Part shown: positions 1 to 13,149 of the stretch, piece after piece
How the letters are laid out: each line of letters begins with the position of its first letter
How positions within the stretch are numbered: the stretch's first letter is position 1
NCBI GenBank assembly: GCA_028023455.1
Contig: JAQFVV010000002.1
Location: forward strand, 17,670,001 to 17,734,000
Direction: 5' to 3'
Source: Epiperipatus broadwayi
Lineage: Eukaryota > Animalia > Onychophora
Length of the DNA stretch: 64,000 nucleotides
Program-made: the position numbers and the translations under genes
The notes under the pieces: model-generated
Seen by the model: only the letters and a program-made list of their open reading frames with translations
Told to the model about the DNA's origin: nothing
Database searches by the model: none

Positions 1-443
1 GGGTAAGTTTATCCGATAATTTTTTGTAATCTTTTGACTAATAAAGGTTACTTTTGAGAAAAAAAATGTAAAGAGGAAAACACCACTTATGAAAGCAAAT
101 AAATATAAATGTATTTAACAGTAAAAAAAAAAACTATACTAACTGACAAAGAATATAATGTAATGTAAGATAGAAACCTAAGCAAAATACAAAGAGGATA
201 ATCTTATTGTAAAATGGTGTGGACTGTGTATTAAGGCAAATAGTTAAAAAGTATATTAATAATTTTTATTAGTTATTTGTTAGACTAAAGATTATCCACT
301 TAATGAATAATATTTCTATAGTGTAATTTTCACTACATCACTCTCATGCAAGTTCAGAAATGGTTTGTATCCACTTTTAACATCTTGTGAAGGGATATAA
401 TCATAAACCTATTACCAAAAACATGTAAAAAGATGTATGATAT

Positions 444-485
444 CTAAGATGCACATTTCTTGCTGAATCAGCACTCATCAGTTGG
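444..485 (-). ncRNA. Type I hammerhead ribozyme motif, family C (degenerate)
   Basis: Minus strand reads CCAA CUGAUGA GUGC UGAUUCA GCAA GAAA UGUGCAUC UUAG. A more decayed copy lies at 1083-1123. Confidence 0.6.
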
Positions 486-496
486 CCCAATCTCTT

Positions 497-768
497 CACC
501 ATCATCATCAACAACCATTATTAATCCACTGCAGGATGAAGGTCTCTCCAACTTCAATCCATCTTCTCGTAACTTTAGCTCCTCTTCTCCACATCATCCC
601 TGCACACTTTCTTATTTCATCCATCCATCTCACATGTGGTCTCTTCCTGGGTCTTTTACAATCTCTTGGAGTCCAGTTTAAGATTTCAATTGTCCATCTA
701 TCATCATCTCTTCTAGAAATATATCCAGCCCAACTCCACTTCAATCTTTAAAATTTTTTCAATGAGGT
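497..768 (-). mobile_element. 5'-truncated RTE-clade LINE (3' end)
   Basis: ORF 508..744 KWSWAGYISRRDDDRWTIEILNWTPRDCKRPRKRPHVRWMDEI is an RTE ORF C-terminus, with a (GAT)n tail. It is flanked by CAATCTCTT at 488-496 and 769-777; the sister tandem unit has a single copy (empty site). Confidence 0.9.
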
Positions 769-3159
769 CAATCTCTTACACATATCTTTATCAATGTTTA
801 ATATATATATATATATATGGCAATTACTAGAGTTTATTTGACAAGTCCCAAATGTGTTTCCCTCACAACTTTGAGACAAATTACTTAATGAAAGTATATT
901 AATCATTTTTATTACTCATTCATTAGACAAGAGATTATCTACTTAATAAATAATATTTCTGTAGTCTAATTTTCACTACACCACTCTCACACAAGGTATG
1001 GCCTGGTTTCTATTCACTTTAAACACCTTGTTGAGTGTAATCATAAATATATGGCCAAAGACGTGGGGAAAAGGTATGATCACCAGGGTGCACATTTTAT
1101 GTTGAATCAGCATTCATCAGTTACCTCAGAACACAATCTCTTACACATATCTTTATCATTGTTCAGTATATATATATGTCAAGTTACTACAATTTAATTG
1201 ATGTGTCAAACTTACTGCCCTCACAACTTTGATACAAACCACTTAATAGACGCATATTAATAATTTTTATTAGTCATCCATTATGTTTTAAAATTGAGAA
1301 CAAAAAATTTGTGAAGGGTCATAAAAGTGATCAGAATTAAAATATCACTGAGTAAGAAAATGATAACTAAAAATAGAGAATTCTGAATAATGTTAAATAA
1401 TAAATGTTTTTTTTAAATTATTACGTTAAACAAGAATTTATTTAACGCTGATTAAAAGTAATTTTCATATTAATATATGTAGCTGATCATTTTTCAAGTA
1501 CATATATAAGTATATACAGATACAAACAAACAATTAAGTAAAAATATTTAACATAATTTAAAAAAATAATATTATCTTTAAAAAAAAATGAAACAGTAAT
1601 TGGAATATTATCAGTTTCAGCAATTATGATCTAAACTAACCCCCTCCCCTCTCGTAGCCTGTCTGGGACCTAAGCCTACAGCAATATTAAAAGAAAAACT
1701 AAGCGACAGGTTGATTAAATTAAATTATAAAGCAGAAGCAGTAAGGTTGGCTCCAATTTCTAACCTTTCTCTTAGTTTTTTTTTTTTTAAAAAACTGTAA
1801 AATATTACAATAGCTTAAATAACTAGTTTCTATTAATGCCGACTTGGTGGCACTTTCATGACTAATAGGAAATAGAATGCAATCAGGTCAAAAAGGGATT
1901 TTTTTTTTACAATAATCTGAAAATAGCCTTTGTTTCAAATACGTTTAATAAATGTTTATGTGATTCCTATACAAATTTTTTTTAAAGAAAATCACTTGGA
2001 TCTTTTAAATATCCTGAAAACATATACTGCGTGTGTATGCATGCATTATCTGCTCAGAGAAAGTTCATATATATATTACGTGATCGGAAAAAAAAACCGC
2101 TCATACAAAACTATGTATCAAAATTAGCTACTGAAAAAAAGCCCTCAATCATAAAATGCTAACACAAAAACTTTTACATGGAAAAGTGTACGAAAAAATA
2201 CCTTCACATGGAAAAGTACTAAAATAAGTATTAAATTCCCAAACTTCTATAATAAATAACATTTTCTACCTGTATTTTTTTTTTATAAGTTTATTTTATA
2301 CAGTGAAAGTTCCATTATGTATATTGGAATAAAATTCTATATTCTGCATGATATTCATTTCTGTAAAAAGATACATTTTTTGTATGCAAGTAAAGGAACA
2401 AGCGTAATGTGTGTGCAAGTATACATGTAAAAAAAAGTTACACAAAAATAGGATGCTACAGTACACATTTATATTATTATAGATATATGTATATCTCGGG
2501 GGAACGAGAGGTGGTTTTATCCCCACCTGGGGACCGGCCCGGGGGGGGGGAGATGGAAAAAATTTATTATAAAAACCACAAATTGGTCTCCTTTTTTTTT
2601 TTGTTGTTGCGTTGTTTGGTGTGTGTTTTTTCTGGGCAAAAACATCACCCCCCCCCCCCCCCCTCCTTCTCCCCTCTTTTTTTTTTTTTTTTTATAATAT
2701 ATTTATAGCGCGTAGAAATAATGTTGACCGTCATGATGTCATAAAAAGATAAATACGTGATTACCCACAAATATAATTATATATATAATGTTTTTGAATA
2801 TTGTTTCAATGAATTTAATGCCAGTGTTTTTTACCGCAAAAATGACATAACTCACCACTATGCAGTATAGCTACCCGTGTACGTGGAAAATGGCTACAGA
2901 TCAAGTTGCACAGGGCCAGCAGAAATTGCCAAGCCCATGCTTCAGTTAATCAAAACATAGCTTATGGCATAGTACATGTCAAGCATTTGCGGTACTCTGA
3001 TTTTATTAGTATCTTTATAGTCATTTTTACACTGTCATTCATTTAATATTTCATGTAATTACCGATATATAAATATAATAAAGTGTGTAATATTACAATT
3101 ACTATATGCTGACCAACTTCATTTTTATTATTATTTATAGGACCTTAATTCTGCAATGG

Positions 3160-4970
3160 CAGCCTCATTTTAAAAAAAAAATATTGACAATATTCATTGG
3201 ATTATTTGAAATTTGGATTTATTCCTTCACCAATAAATGAAACAATACCTATGTGATTTCTCTGTGAGAAAACTTTTACCAGCTAAAATGAAAGATAGAG
3301 AGAGAGAGAGAGTTCACTCTAATAAAAAGCATAATGATCTTGATTTTTTATTAAAAAACTTAAAAAGAAAAATTTGCAACTCAACCAAATATAAAAAGTT
3401 TTATGAAGCCGTTTGCTATAGTTGAAATTGAAGAAGGATTAATAGCTTTATACAAGATTTCACTCAATATATCAAAAAAGGGAACCCCTACACAATTGCA
3501 GAAGATGTAATTATACCTGCAATTAAAAATGTCATTGAAAATATTAATGTTTTCAATTGCTCACCATTAAGTGCGAACTCTGTAAAATGATGAAATAGCT
3601 GACGATGTAGAAAATATAATAGTTTCAGAGCTCAAAAGTTTTCTATTCAACTTGATGAGTCTGTTTTTGATGCTTCTTCTCTTCTTATGGCTTACATCAG
3701 ATATTTTAGTAAAATGAAATGTCAAATCATTGATGAAATTTTTATTTTCTAAATATCTTGAAAATGATGGAAAAGGTGGGACAATATATCAGTGTTTAGA
3801 AGAATATTTGAATGAATATGACATTCCATTTACCAATACGATAGCAGTAGCCACAGGTAACACACTTGCTGTGGTAGACCATTACTGAGGTTTTGCAACT
3901 TTTCTTAAAGAAAAAGTTCCTGGTATATTTACTACCCACAGTGTTTTGCATATAACACACATAGTGGCAAAATATCTCAGTCCAAATTTGCATAACGCTT
4001 TACAGTTTTGTATTAAATCTATTAATCAAATTAGAGCCCAATCTCTTAAATTGAGACTGTTTTCCAAACTTTGTGAGAAAAATGATGAATTTATCAAATC
4101 AATTGCTTTTACACTATGGAATCAGATGGCTCTCTGGAGGTGCACATTTACAAAGGCTCATTGAGTCATTTGATTCTACAATAGAATTTCTTAAAGTAAA
4201 TTCTGTTCTGAGTGATGAACTACAAAAACATAAGAACAACATTTTTTACTTAGCAAAATTATTTGCAAAATTCAATGACCTTCAAACAAGACTACTAGAT
4301 AAAGATGTCATAATTATTCAAGCTCAGACAATTCTTTTAGGTTTCCAAATTAAATTAAATCTAAATCTACCTTGTTCAAAAATTTAGTGATGATTTTAAA
4401 CTGTGCTTTGCAGATTTAGAAAATATTGATATTCCAGAATGGATTATCATGCCACTTTCTACTCCAATTGAAAACGTCGACATCAACTTGCAAGATGAAC
4501 TTCTTGAATTATTAGTTGATCTTGAAACAATGGTGCTTTTTAAAAATTTAACTTTTTGTGCAAATATAAATATAACACAAAAATAGACAAAACTGGTATA
4601 TCCTTTTTTGCTGGCATTTCCAAGTTTGTATAAAACTGTTTTCAGTCATGTTAATTTCATCTTAACCAAACTGAGAAATAAGTTGAATGTAGAATTCCAA
4701 GGTGATTTAAAGCTAAAACTTATTTTATCAAGCCCATTAATCTCATTGATTGTCAGTCAGAAAAATTATTAAAATGATTATTATTAATTTATTAAAAATT
4801 AATTTATGAATAGAAATCAACTGATTAGTTATATAAAATGTAAAATTGCAAAACAAATGTATAAAAATAGTAAAAGCTTCTCTTATTCATGATAAATAAA
4901 TTTTGTGGTGGTAGATAAAAGGTTTAGAAGATTTGTAGGAGGTCAATAATCAAAAGTTTGGCAATCCCTG
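3160..4970 (+). mobile_element. Decayed hAT (Buster/Charlie-type, FAM200/ZBED8-like) transposase with right terminus
   Basis: Fragmented reading: QYSLDYLKFGFIPSP near 3190, KKGNPYTIAE near 3480, HCVLH-like near 3940, YLAKLFAKFNDLQ near 4250. AAAAGTTTGGCAATCCCTG ending at 4970 looks like a hAT TIR. The left end was not found. Confidence 0.8.
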
Positions 4971-5015
4971 GTATATATCATTAAAAACTAGACAACATTT
5001 AGACAATCCCAATAT

Positions 5016-5900
5016 CAATCAACAATCTCAAACTGTTGTCAAGGTAACCTATTAACAATAAAGGTGGAATCCCACCTTTATTTATGGACGAATATATTTA
5101 TATAGACACTAAAATTGCAGCTTAACCACAGAGATTGAAATTATTGATGTTAAATAAATCTCCTTTAATAGGTAAATATAACCTCTTTTGAATGCAGATT
5201 AGTAAATAGTCCAATATAACATTACAAACTGCAATTATAATTTTTACATTTCATCCGAAGTATTACTTAAATAGTAAGTGTAATAATGTTCAAGGCTAAA
5301 TGGGTTTTATGGTAATCATTAAAAATCAGTCAATACTTAGACCATCTCAATATGAATAACAATCAACAATCTCAAACTTGTCTAGGCAACCTTTATGTGT
5401 GATGCAATATATTTATACATACACTAAAAATTGCAACTTGGCCACAAAGATTGAAATTATTGATACAAAGAAGTTCAAATAAACCTCCTTAACAGGTAAA
5501 TATAATCTGTTCTGAATGCAAACTAATAAATCATCAATTATAACATTACAAACTGCAATTATAATTTTCAAATTGCTTCAAAGTATTATTTAAATAATGC
5601 GTAATAAGTTAAAATGTGCACTGATATGCAACTAAAGAGAAGTTCATTCTTTTGAACTGAAATATCAAAATTATGCCGAGTGCTTTCAGGAGTTACATTA
5701 CAAGTTAACCTAGCTGTGATTATGAGAGCAATGTAATTCTTCAAAGTCCTCAGCATCATTTTGATATTTCAACTTTATAGTAAAGTTTTCTTCAGCTGTG
5801 TATCAGCACACATCTTAACCCATTATTTTCTTTAAAGCAAGTATAAATCTCATATCGTTTAATAATAAGTATAATAATGTTCAAGGCTGAATGGGTTTGT
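5016..5900. repeat. Degenerate ~344-bp tandem duplication; the second unit is interrupted by a fold-back insert
   Basis: CAATCAACAATCTCAAACT at 5016 and 5360. Homology resumes at ~5862 (AATAATGTTCAAGGCT) after an insert. Confidence 0.75.
5615..5812. repeat. Fold-back insert (family F) with hammerhead-core-like motif in both arms
   Basis: Imperfect ~90-100-bp inverted arms. Plus arm: CUAAAGA-GA-AGUUC..GAACU-GAAAUAUC (5632-5666). Minus arm: CUGAAGA-A-AACUUU..AAAGUU-GAAAUAUC (5795-5763). Confidence 0.6.
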
Positions 5901-5913
5901 CTTGAGCATTATT

Positions 5914-5949
<36 letters not shown>

Positions 5950-6099
5950 TAGTAGCATGATTGGAATTGATCTCTATATGATTATGATAAACATTTTTAG
6001 AGTGGTATTTTTTTTTATTCTGGGAAAAATCTAGATCAATATAAATAACAGTTAAAGAAATTTCTGTGGATAAAGAAACAGAAGTGCACGATCACACTA

Positions 6100-7470
6100 T
6101 AAAATCCTGTAAGATGAATTTAAGAGGCAGATGCATCAGTTATAGTAATTGAAATTAATGACAATACATAGACCATCACCAGAAATGCCAGTGAAATATA
6201 TTTTACAAATGAAGTGAAATGTGTAATATCTTTGCAAAGTTCGCCAAGACCATGTTGACATTAAAAAAAAGGTTATGTTTGTAATTTGAATAAATACTAT
6301 CAAACGTACTAGGAATAAAAAAATTAGTTGCACCATGAAGAGAAATTGGCTAACTGAAAATGGTGAGTGCAGTTAAAAGCACACATTGAAATTCCACATG
6401 TCATCATATTGTCAGGAATCTTAGCGAAACAGAAGTTTTATCAGAGATTTAAACAATATATTGATACAATAGTATCAACCATACAAAACAGTGATCCATT
6501 GTAGAATAGACAAATACTGACCAAGGATACTTAGTAAATAAATAGATCAAGATGATCTGACCAAATTGTTACCCTAGTAATGTATGAACACAAATTGGAA
6601 TGTGCATAAAAGATTATTTCTATGAAAAGATTGCATTTTTGATGGGTAACCAAATACCTATTTTATCAGAAGGCAGAAAACAAGTTCTCAAGCTTCTCTA
6701 CAAGGAAGTCCCAGTTATAGGCAGAAATTTAGCCCATATTACATCTTACTTATGGTATCCAGGTTTAGATAACAATAGATAAAAGAATTAAGCTTCCTAA
6801 TGCATGTCAATTAATAGTCTGATTGCTAGCAAGGAAATTGAAAACTTGGTTAAAAATAATGAAACCCGTGGAATTATATTTACATTTATCACACAGAATC
6901 ATTTAAGGCTCATATTTTTATATAGTTGATGCTTATTTAGGTAGGTTGAGTGCTAAGTTGTAGAGTAGAAACTATTAAGAAATTAGATTAAATATTTGCT
7001 TATTATAGGTTTCTAAAAACATTATTTTCCAACAGTGAGGAAAGTTTTCTTTAAAAATATATGACCGATTATCTGACATAAAAAGAATGAGATATTTACT
7101 GACATCATTTTATCCTGAGTATAATGAATTTGCTTTAAAATATCTAAAAAAGCAGAGATAATAAATATACGAAATTAATAACTTCTATATATATTAGCAT
7201 TCAATATCTATTACTCAACATATATTACCACCAATAGAAAATCATTCACAGAAGCTATATTAGTTTATCTCAAAAGAAAAACTTACCTACCAAAGAAAGA
7301 GTTATAAGTAATGAGTGGTAGAAAAAGTATTGGTGAGAGCTGTTTGGAAAAATTAATGGGACAAAGTACTGATATTATGAGTCCTTTCAAGATAAGTTGT
7401 GTTTTTGTAGATGAAAAATGGTGCTGAAGTGTGCAGACATAAGAAAATGTAAGATGGCATAGCATTGAGA
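6100..7470 (+). mobile_element. Decayed Ty3/Gypsy LTR-retrotransposon pol (integrase region)
   Basis: ORF 6600..6782 GRKQVLKLLY...SYLWYPGLD matches the integrase zinc-binding-region pattern. IVDAY at ~6925 is integrase core. KVLVR...RH at 7325-7450 resembles the integrase C-terminus. Confidence 0.7.
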
Positions 7471-8352
7471 ATGTATGTTATCCTGGTACAGTTGAAATAA
7501 ACCACACATGAAATGATATTCCAGTGTCCTCTCCTTTGAAATATAAAGGACGGTATATACCTTGAGAGCAGCTTTATTTGAACTTAATACCAGTAAACAT
7601 CAGCCACAAGAATATATACCAAGTCTTGCAGAAAAAGAATGCAGATGAGCAACACTACCCCCCCTTCCCCAATAAAAAAAACAATAAAGCCAAAAAATCC
7701 AAGATAGCCATCCCAAAATTTGTTATTGTTTGATCAACACCATAGGAACACTTTGCTTGCCAAGACTCACCTTTTAACACATGAAGAAGTCATATCAAAG
7801 TAAGGATGTGAAAATGTGTTTACATTTCATCATTCTGTTGCTACTGGTTAAATGTGTATATAACCAGGTGATAGATGAGATGAAGAACAAACACAGATTA
7901 TCTTGTTTACAATAAAAACATGTATTAGAGAGAATTGCACTGAATTATACTTTGTAGTAAAAAAAAATGCATTTTAAATGTAATGCATGATTATAGTACT
8001 CATAAGAAAATGTTTCACATTGTTATTGCTTATAAAACTTTTTTGAGCTGTATTATATTGATAAATAACAATAGCTTTTAAAATTTTATTTGAAAGATAT
8101 TAAAAGTCATGTGAATGTAGTGGTAAACACCAACTAAAACTTAAATCCTTATCATGCATTGGACATAATGTATATCTCCCCATCAATTTTTTATCATTCA
8201 GCAAAGAAACAATGTTTTATGAATTTTGTATTACATGATATCAAAATGTTATATTTGACATTCATCTACTGGCAATTTTATCATACTTCATGTACATTCC
8301 ATTTTCAAGGTATAAAATTTACAAAAAATAATGACTACCCTATAAATTAATA

Positions 8353-8700
8353 GAGCAGGCAAAACTCTCCATACAGTTGTGCCACTCAGTGCAAGACAGA
8401 GTAATCAATGAGTGCCAGAGGGCTTGTGCACAAAATCCCTATCTACTGTCTACTTATCTAACATCCCAGACTAGTTTCTGGCTTGTGGTCTTCATCAGTG
8501 AGGAGCCCTGTATCTAAGAGCACTGCACCTAGATCTTAAGATCTAATGCAACTCTCCAGCAGCCACCTTTTGTCTCAACTACAAACTATGAGAACAAAAT
8601 TCAAAACACAATAATATTTTCAATCTAAGCTTATTAGTTTATGTAGTCATATAAGTCTGAACTCAGTTCAGTACCCATATATTTTGGTGTCCATATCCAC
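8353..8700 (-). mobile_element. Family A hammerhead-bearing repeat (Penelope pLTR/retrozyme-like), copy A1
   Basis: Same sequence as 37634-38060, 38820-39005 and 48428-48820. Hammerhead motif at 8464-8504 with one helix II substitution. Confidence 0.8.
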
Positions 8701-8725
8701 CACTATCCTACTAGGCAGGAGGGGT

Positions 8726-9026
8726 ATTAAACCACCAAACATCACATGATCACCATTTCTTATGCTTGCTCATAACTGTTATTAAAACAAGCAAAACTCT
8801 CTATACAGTAGTGCCACTCAGTGCAAGGCAGAGTAATCCAGAAACTAGTCTTGGGATATTGGATGAATAGGCACTAGATAAGGATTTTATGCACAAGCCT
8901 TCTGACATCCATTGCTTACTCTGGCTTGCACTGAGTGGCACTATTATATGGAGAGGGTTGCCTGTTTTAATAGCAGTTATGAGCAAGCATAAGAAATGGT
9001 GATCATGTGATGTTTGGTGGTTTAAT
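8726..9026. mobile_element. Family A fold-back copy A2
   Basis: ATTAAACCACCAAACATCACATGATCACC... at 8726 and its reverse complement ending at 9026. The junction near 8846 falls inside the hammerhead (CAGAAACTAGTC). Confidence 0.85.
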
Positions 9027-11245
9027 AAATTAATAAACCTAGAATTCAAAACACATTTTAAACAAATGAGTATTTTATAGTTGTTGTTTTTTTTTTTTGT
9101 TAATTTTTATAATTGATTTCTCAATATAATAAAACCAATTTGCAAGCTATATGGGCTGTTGGTAGGACTACCCAGCCTTAAGTTATCCAAGGGCTTTATT
9201 AAAATAAAATATTTATTTGAGAGCTGCAACCAGAGCTGGCCTGAGAAAAAGCAGGAGAGTGCAGTGTTTTCATGTGTCAGATTACATGCGATAAACAAAT
9301 ATTTAAAAAAATATTATTATACATGCAGATATAGATAATTTGCTTTACAATTAGTATAAATCAAGTCATTAATTTTTTTTATTTATTTTGATTCAGAATT
9401 CATTAAAAAAAAAAAAACAAGAAAATAAAGTATAATTTTTTACATTGTGTGAATTTTATTTTGTTTACTCAAATATTGATTCAATAAAATTACATTAATT
9501 TGACTAGAATATTGTGAAATGTTTAGTATATGTTGTATGTAGCAGGAAAATCTGCAACATCACTAAACCTGTGAGTTTTCAATTGTATTACATCGCATGA
9601 GATAGTCATTGAGGGGCCTACAAATTATAGTTTTGTCAACAACAACACAAAGACATAGTTATATTTAGCAAGTAATAAAATAGTTTGTGTTGATTTCTAC
9701 AAAAACTGTAGACTATGAGAGATTAGACCTTGCCCCATGGCATATCCTCTAAAGCCAGCTCTGGCTGCATCCAAAATAACAAATAGAATACATCTATTAA
9801 GTTATTAGAGATTTATGTTAAATACAGATGAATTCGGAGCCAATTGCACAATAATCATGCACATGTTCACAATAATTGTTAAGAGCATGAGCATTGGATC
9901 AAACCAGTGCAATCTCATTTTTTTGCCAATCTTATATGTGAAAAATATGTGGAATATAATGTAAAAATGCCTGATAATAGGTTCAACATCAATGTCATCA
10001 ATCAGTGATAGAGTTAAAATATCTAATAAACAGTCAAGTTGTTATTTTATTTTTTTTCACTTGAAAAGCTCAAAACCTCTAGGTAGACAACACAAATCCT
10101 TATCACAGAGATGGTCATGTTATAGACAGCTATACATACTTTTTACCCTTACGAGCCCTTTTACATAGACATTTTTGTTGACAGCATATATGATTGTTGG
10201 CTTTTTTTTGTAGATTTTGGAGTTATGTTTATACAAAAGAGGTTTTTTCAACAAACTCACATTTTTATATCATTTATTTGCATAGACTTTTCTAATTTTT
10301 TTAGCATAAGTCATCATTAGTTATTGTCTAAATGTCCAGACTCATACACCATTCCAGAACTTACTATTTTTTTTATTAATCATTCCTAGTTATCCTTTTT
10401 CTTAACATCAACTATTTCTTTGATTCTTTTTTATATGTTCATTTTTCAAAGTTTTTTCGTCATATCTTTTATAATTTTATTATCTCTTAGCACATGTTTA
10501 ATCCAATTTCTGTTCTTATTTGTTACATTGTAATTCTTTTTGTTTCTCCAAAATTATTTCTAAAACTGTTTAGCTTATTTTTTCCCATTAACCAAATCTA
10601 ACAACAGAATGATTCCTCTCTCACCACATTCTAATTTTGCAGTCATACTTTTTAACATAAGTTAAACAACTTCTCAACTATTTAAAAGCATTATCAAATA
10701 CTATAATTTCTCTTTCAATTACCACTTTTTGCCTTCCTTTTTAAATTGCAATATTTTTTCTTTTTCATATTTCATTCATTTTAGTATAGACATCACATAC
10801 CAAATAATTCCGGGTGGGGTTTTTTTTGCTTAAAAAAAAAATCTGCTCCTTAATATCTGAAGAAGTGCCAAAAACCATATTTCTTTTATTGTTTACATTG
10901 CCCAAACAAAAATATTGTAAGCTGTAAATATATTTTAAATTAATATTCGTATTATATTTATTCAGTATAGTAATGTAATGGGTGAGCACTTTTGCCAATA
11001 TGGCCTACAATTTCATGCAGATTTAGGGTTTATGTTCAGAAAGTTGGATCATTCATTATTGGTCAGTAAATGGGTATTTTGCTAAACTTAGCAGAAAAAC
11101 CAAGTTGGAAAAACACTCAAATCCTTATTTTTTGCAAGTAGAAAACCTTATTAGTAATATCTTTTCTATTATTGCCCTTTTAATGAAGGACTATTGGCCT
11201 ATAATTAGAATGCGGTCTTTTGCCTTTCCCCTACCATACTATATC

Positions 11246-11347
11246 TTTTTTTTTATTAAGTGTCATAGCATCGGCCGGGACGCGAGCCCGCAACCCGGGC
11301 AATTGCCTGCAATTGCAAGGCAGTCGCGCTGATCTCTCGACCACCAC
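11246..11347 (-). mobile_element. tRNA-Gly-derived short SINE
   Basis: Minus strand: GTGGTCGAGAG (A box), GGCTCGCGTCCC (B-box-like), GATGCTATGACAC and an A tail. Confidence 0.75.
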
Positions 11348-12508
11348 ATGCAAGACTACTAACTTTATCTTTGATTCATTTTACCAAAGGAAAACAAAAA
11401 AAAAAATATAATAAAAACATTAATTTAGTTTTTATTCATGATGACTAGATTTACTGCCACTGAGTTTTCACGAAAATTGTCCAAACTGTTATTTCTCCTC
11501 TCTGCATATCTTTGAAAATATTTAGATTTTTGTTTATGTGTCTCCTCAAAGATTTTTGAAGCTAGATAATACTATGATAGAAAATAAAAACATAAGATGC
11601 TTTTTTTATTTTAATACACGCACAAACATAGGTATAAATGATGTCAAAAATTTAGTGTAAAATTAGAATATATTTGGATAGTAGTTTGTACAAAACCGAT
11701 TTGTTATTCTACAAAAATCTACAAAATCGCCTAAGGAAAAAATATTTTACCCTGAGAAAAATCAGAAGGTTTAAGAAAAATAAAAAGCAAATATTTAATA
11801 AATTTAAAAGGGTGTGACATTAAGAAAAACTGTATTTAGTTTGTCATTCTAAACTAGAAATTTAAAATGCTATTCACACATCATTGATTTAATGAATATA
11901 CTATTGTGTGCGGGTTGAGCCATGTGGTTTTTAATATATGTATGTTGTGGATATGTACACTACTATTTTAAAGACGAGACAAATCAAAACTTCAGCAATA
12001 AAAATACGCTTAAAATGTGAAAATTGATAATGTGATTCACGTCCTAATTTTAATATAATTTTGATCAAATTATAGGTGCACTTTTAATGCATGCTCTAAT
12101 ATTCAAATAACTGTTCATTTTATCAATTATTAGCAAACACAGACAACATATATATATATTTGTAAAGATTCATTTTATTTATTATATATTCAAATGGCTT
12201 TATTGCTTGAGAATTCATAAAAAGTTCGAGCGCTGGTGGTGCCAGCACCTAGAATTGATCTTAAGATCCCACGTTCCAAATATTGACACTCAGTTTCTTC
12301 GCTTAACCTCACAGGCATTTTTTATTTACTGCTTCAAATTTATTTTAAATATTTGAAATATAAAAGTTGATAATAAATGTATGACTACACATGTACGCTC
12401 ACACGCATGTATCAATTTAAATATCATCTTTAAAATTACGTAATAACCCGTCAGCTAAATTAAATTATTTGTAAATAAGAGTATTTAGGCAATCAAAACT
12501 TAATTTAT

Positions 12509-12610
12509 GTTGTTAGCCGAGAGGTCATCGCACCTGCCTTGCAAGCAAGTAGTTGGTTGCAGACGGGTGTGGGTTCGCGTCCCGGCAGATGCTATGACAT
12601 ATGAAAAAAA
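12509..12610 (+). mobile_element. tRNA-Gly-derived short SINE
   Basis: TAGCCGAGAGG A box, GGTTCGCGTCCC B box, GATGCTATGACATATG-A tail. Probable TSD AACTT(A/C)ATTTATGT at 12497-12510 and 12612-12625. Confidence 0.85.
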
Positions 12611-12847
12611 CAACTTCATTTATGTATAATACCCAAGAAAACAAAAATTGTCTACATAAACATAAACAAAAATTGTCTAATACTGAATAATGATTGCTTT
12701 AGTACAAAAAAGAACCCTTTTAGAAAAATATTAAACACAAAAACTTTTATTTCAAAAGAAAGTTATTTAATTGACTGAAAAAATAATAAGAGCAATAATG
12801 ATTCAAAAGTTTAATAATTAAGAATTAAAATAATTTTTTTAAAAAAG

Positions 12848-12948
12848 TTTTTTTTTCATGTGTCATAGCATCGGCCGGGAAGCGAACCCGCTAACCCGGG
12901 ACAACAGCTTGTAAGGCGGCTGTGCTGACCTCTCGACCACCAACGCTT
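12848..12948 (-). mobile_element. tRNA-Gly-derived short SINE
   Basis: Minus strand: AGCGTTGGTGGTCGAGAGGTCAGCACAGCCGCCTTACAAGC...GGTTCGCTTCCCGGCCGATGCTATGACACATG plus an A tail. Confidence 0.85.
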
Positions 12949-13149
12949 TTAAAAAAATTCCCAGCGGTCTGTTGCATTTACCTTAATCCAAATCCATGTA
13001 ACTTAAATAATCCCTCTAATAAACAAAAGACAGTGAAATATTTGCATCAATCAATTTTTATGAAATAAAATTACAAAGATTAAAATTTCAGTTTGTCCTC
13101 TCGTTAGTTTTTTCTTTCATCCATATTAATACATTGTACAGGTTTAACA

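Larger units (their letters stand above)
251..1285 (-). repeat. Tandem array of ~360-bp monomers (family C), each with a hammerhead-like motif; retrozyme-like
   Basis: Unit starts G(T/C)ATATTAAT at 251, 894 and 1252. Unit 1 is 362 bp once the RTE insertion and its TSD are removed; unit 2 is 358 bp. Units align by eye along their length. Confidence 0.8.

Noticed and set aside
460-751. Recurring Ser/His-rich ORFs (460..681, 482..751, 28333..28662, 44700..45017) as a protein family
   Set aside because: They are antisense readings of the same RTE 3' end.
2910-2935. CAGGG...ATTGCCAA as the left TIR of the 3.2-5.0-kb hAT element
   Set aside because: It needs a 9-nt insertion, and no matching 8-bp TSD was found.
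7283-7940. Minus-strand hydrophobic ORF with apparent splice donors, suggesting a membrane-protein gene
   Set aside because: Frames are closed by stops, no family was recognised, and the plus strand of 7325-7450 is better explained as the Gypsy integrase C-terminus.
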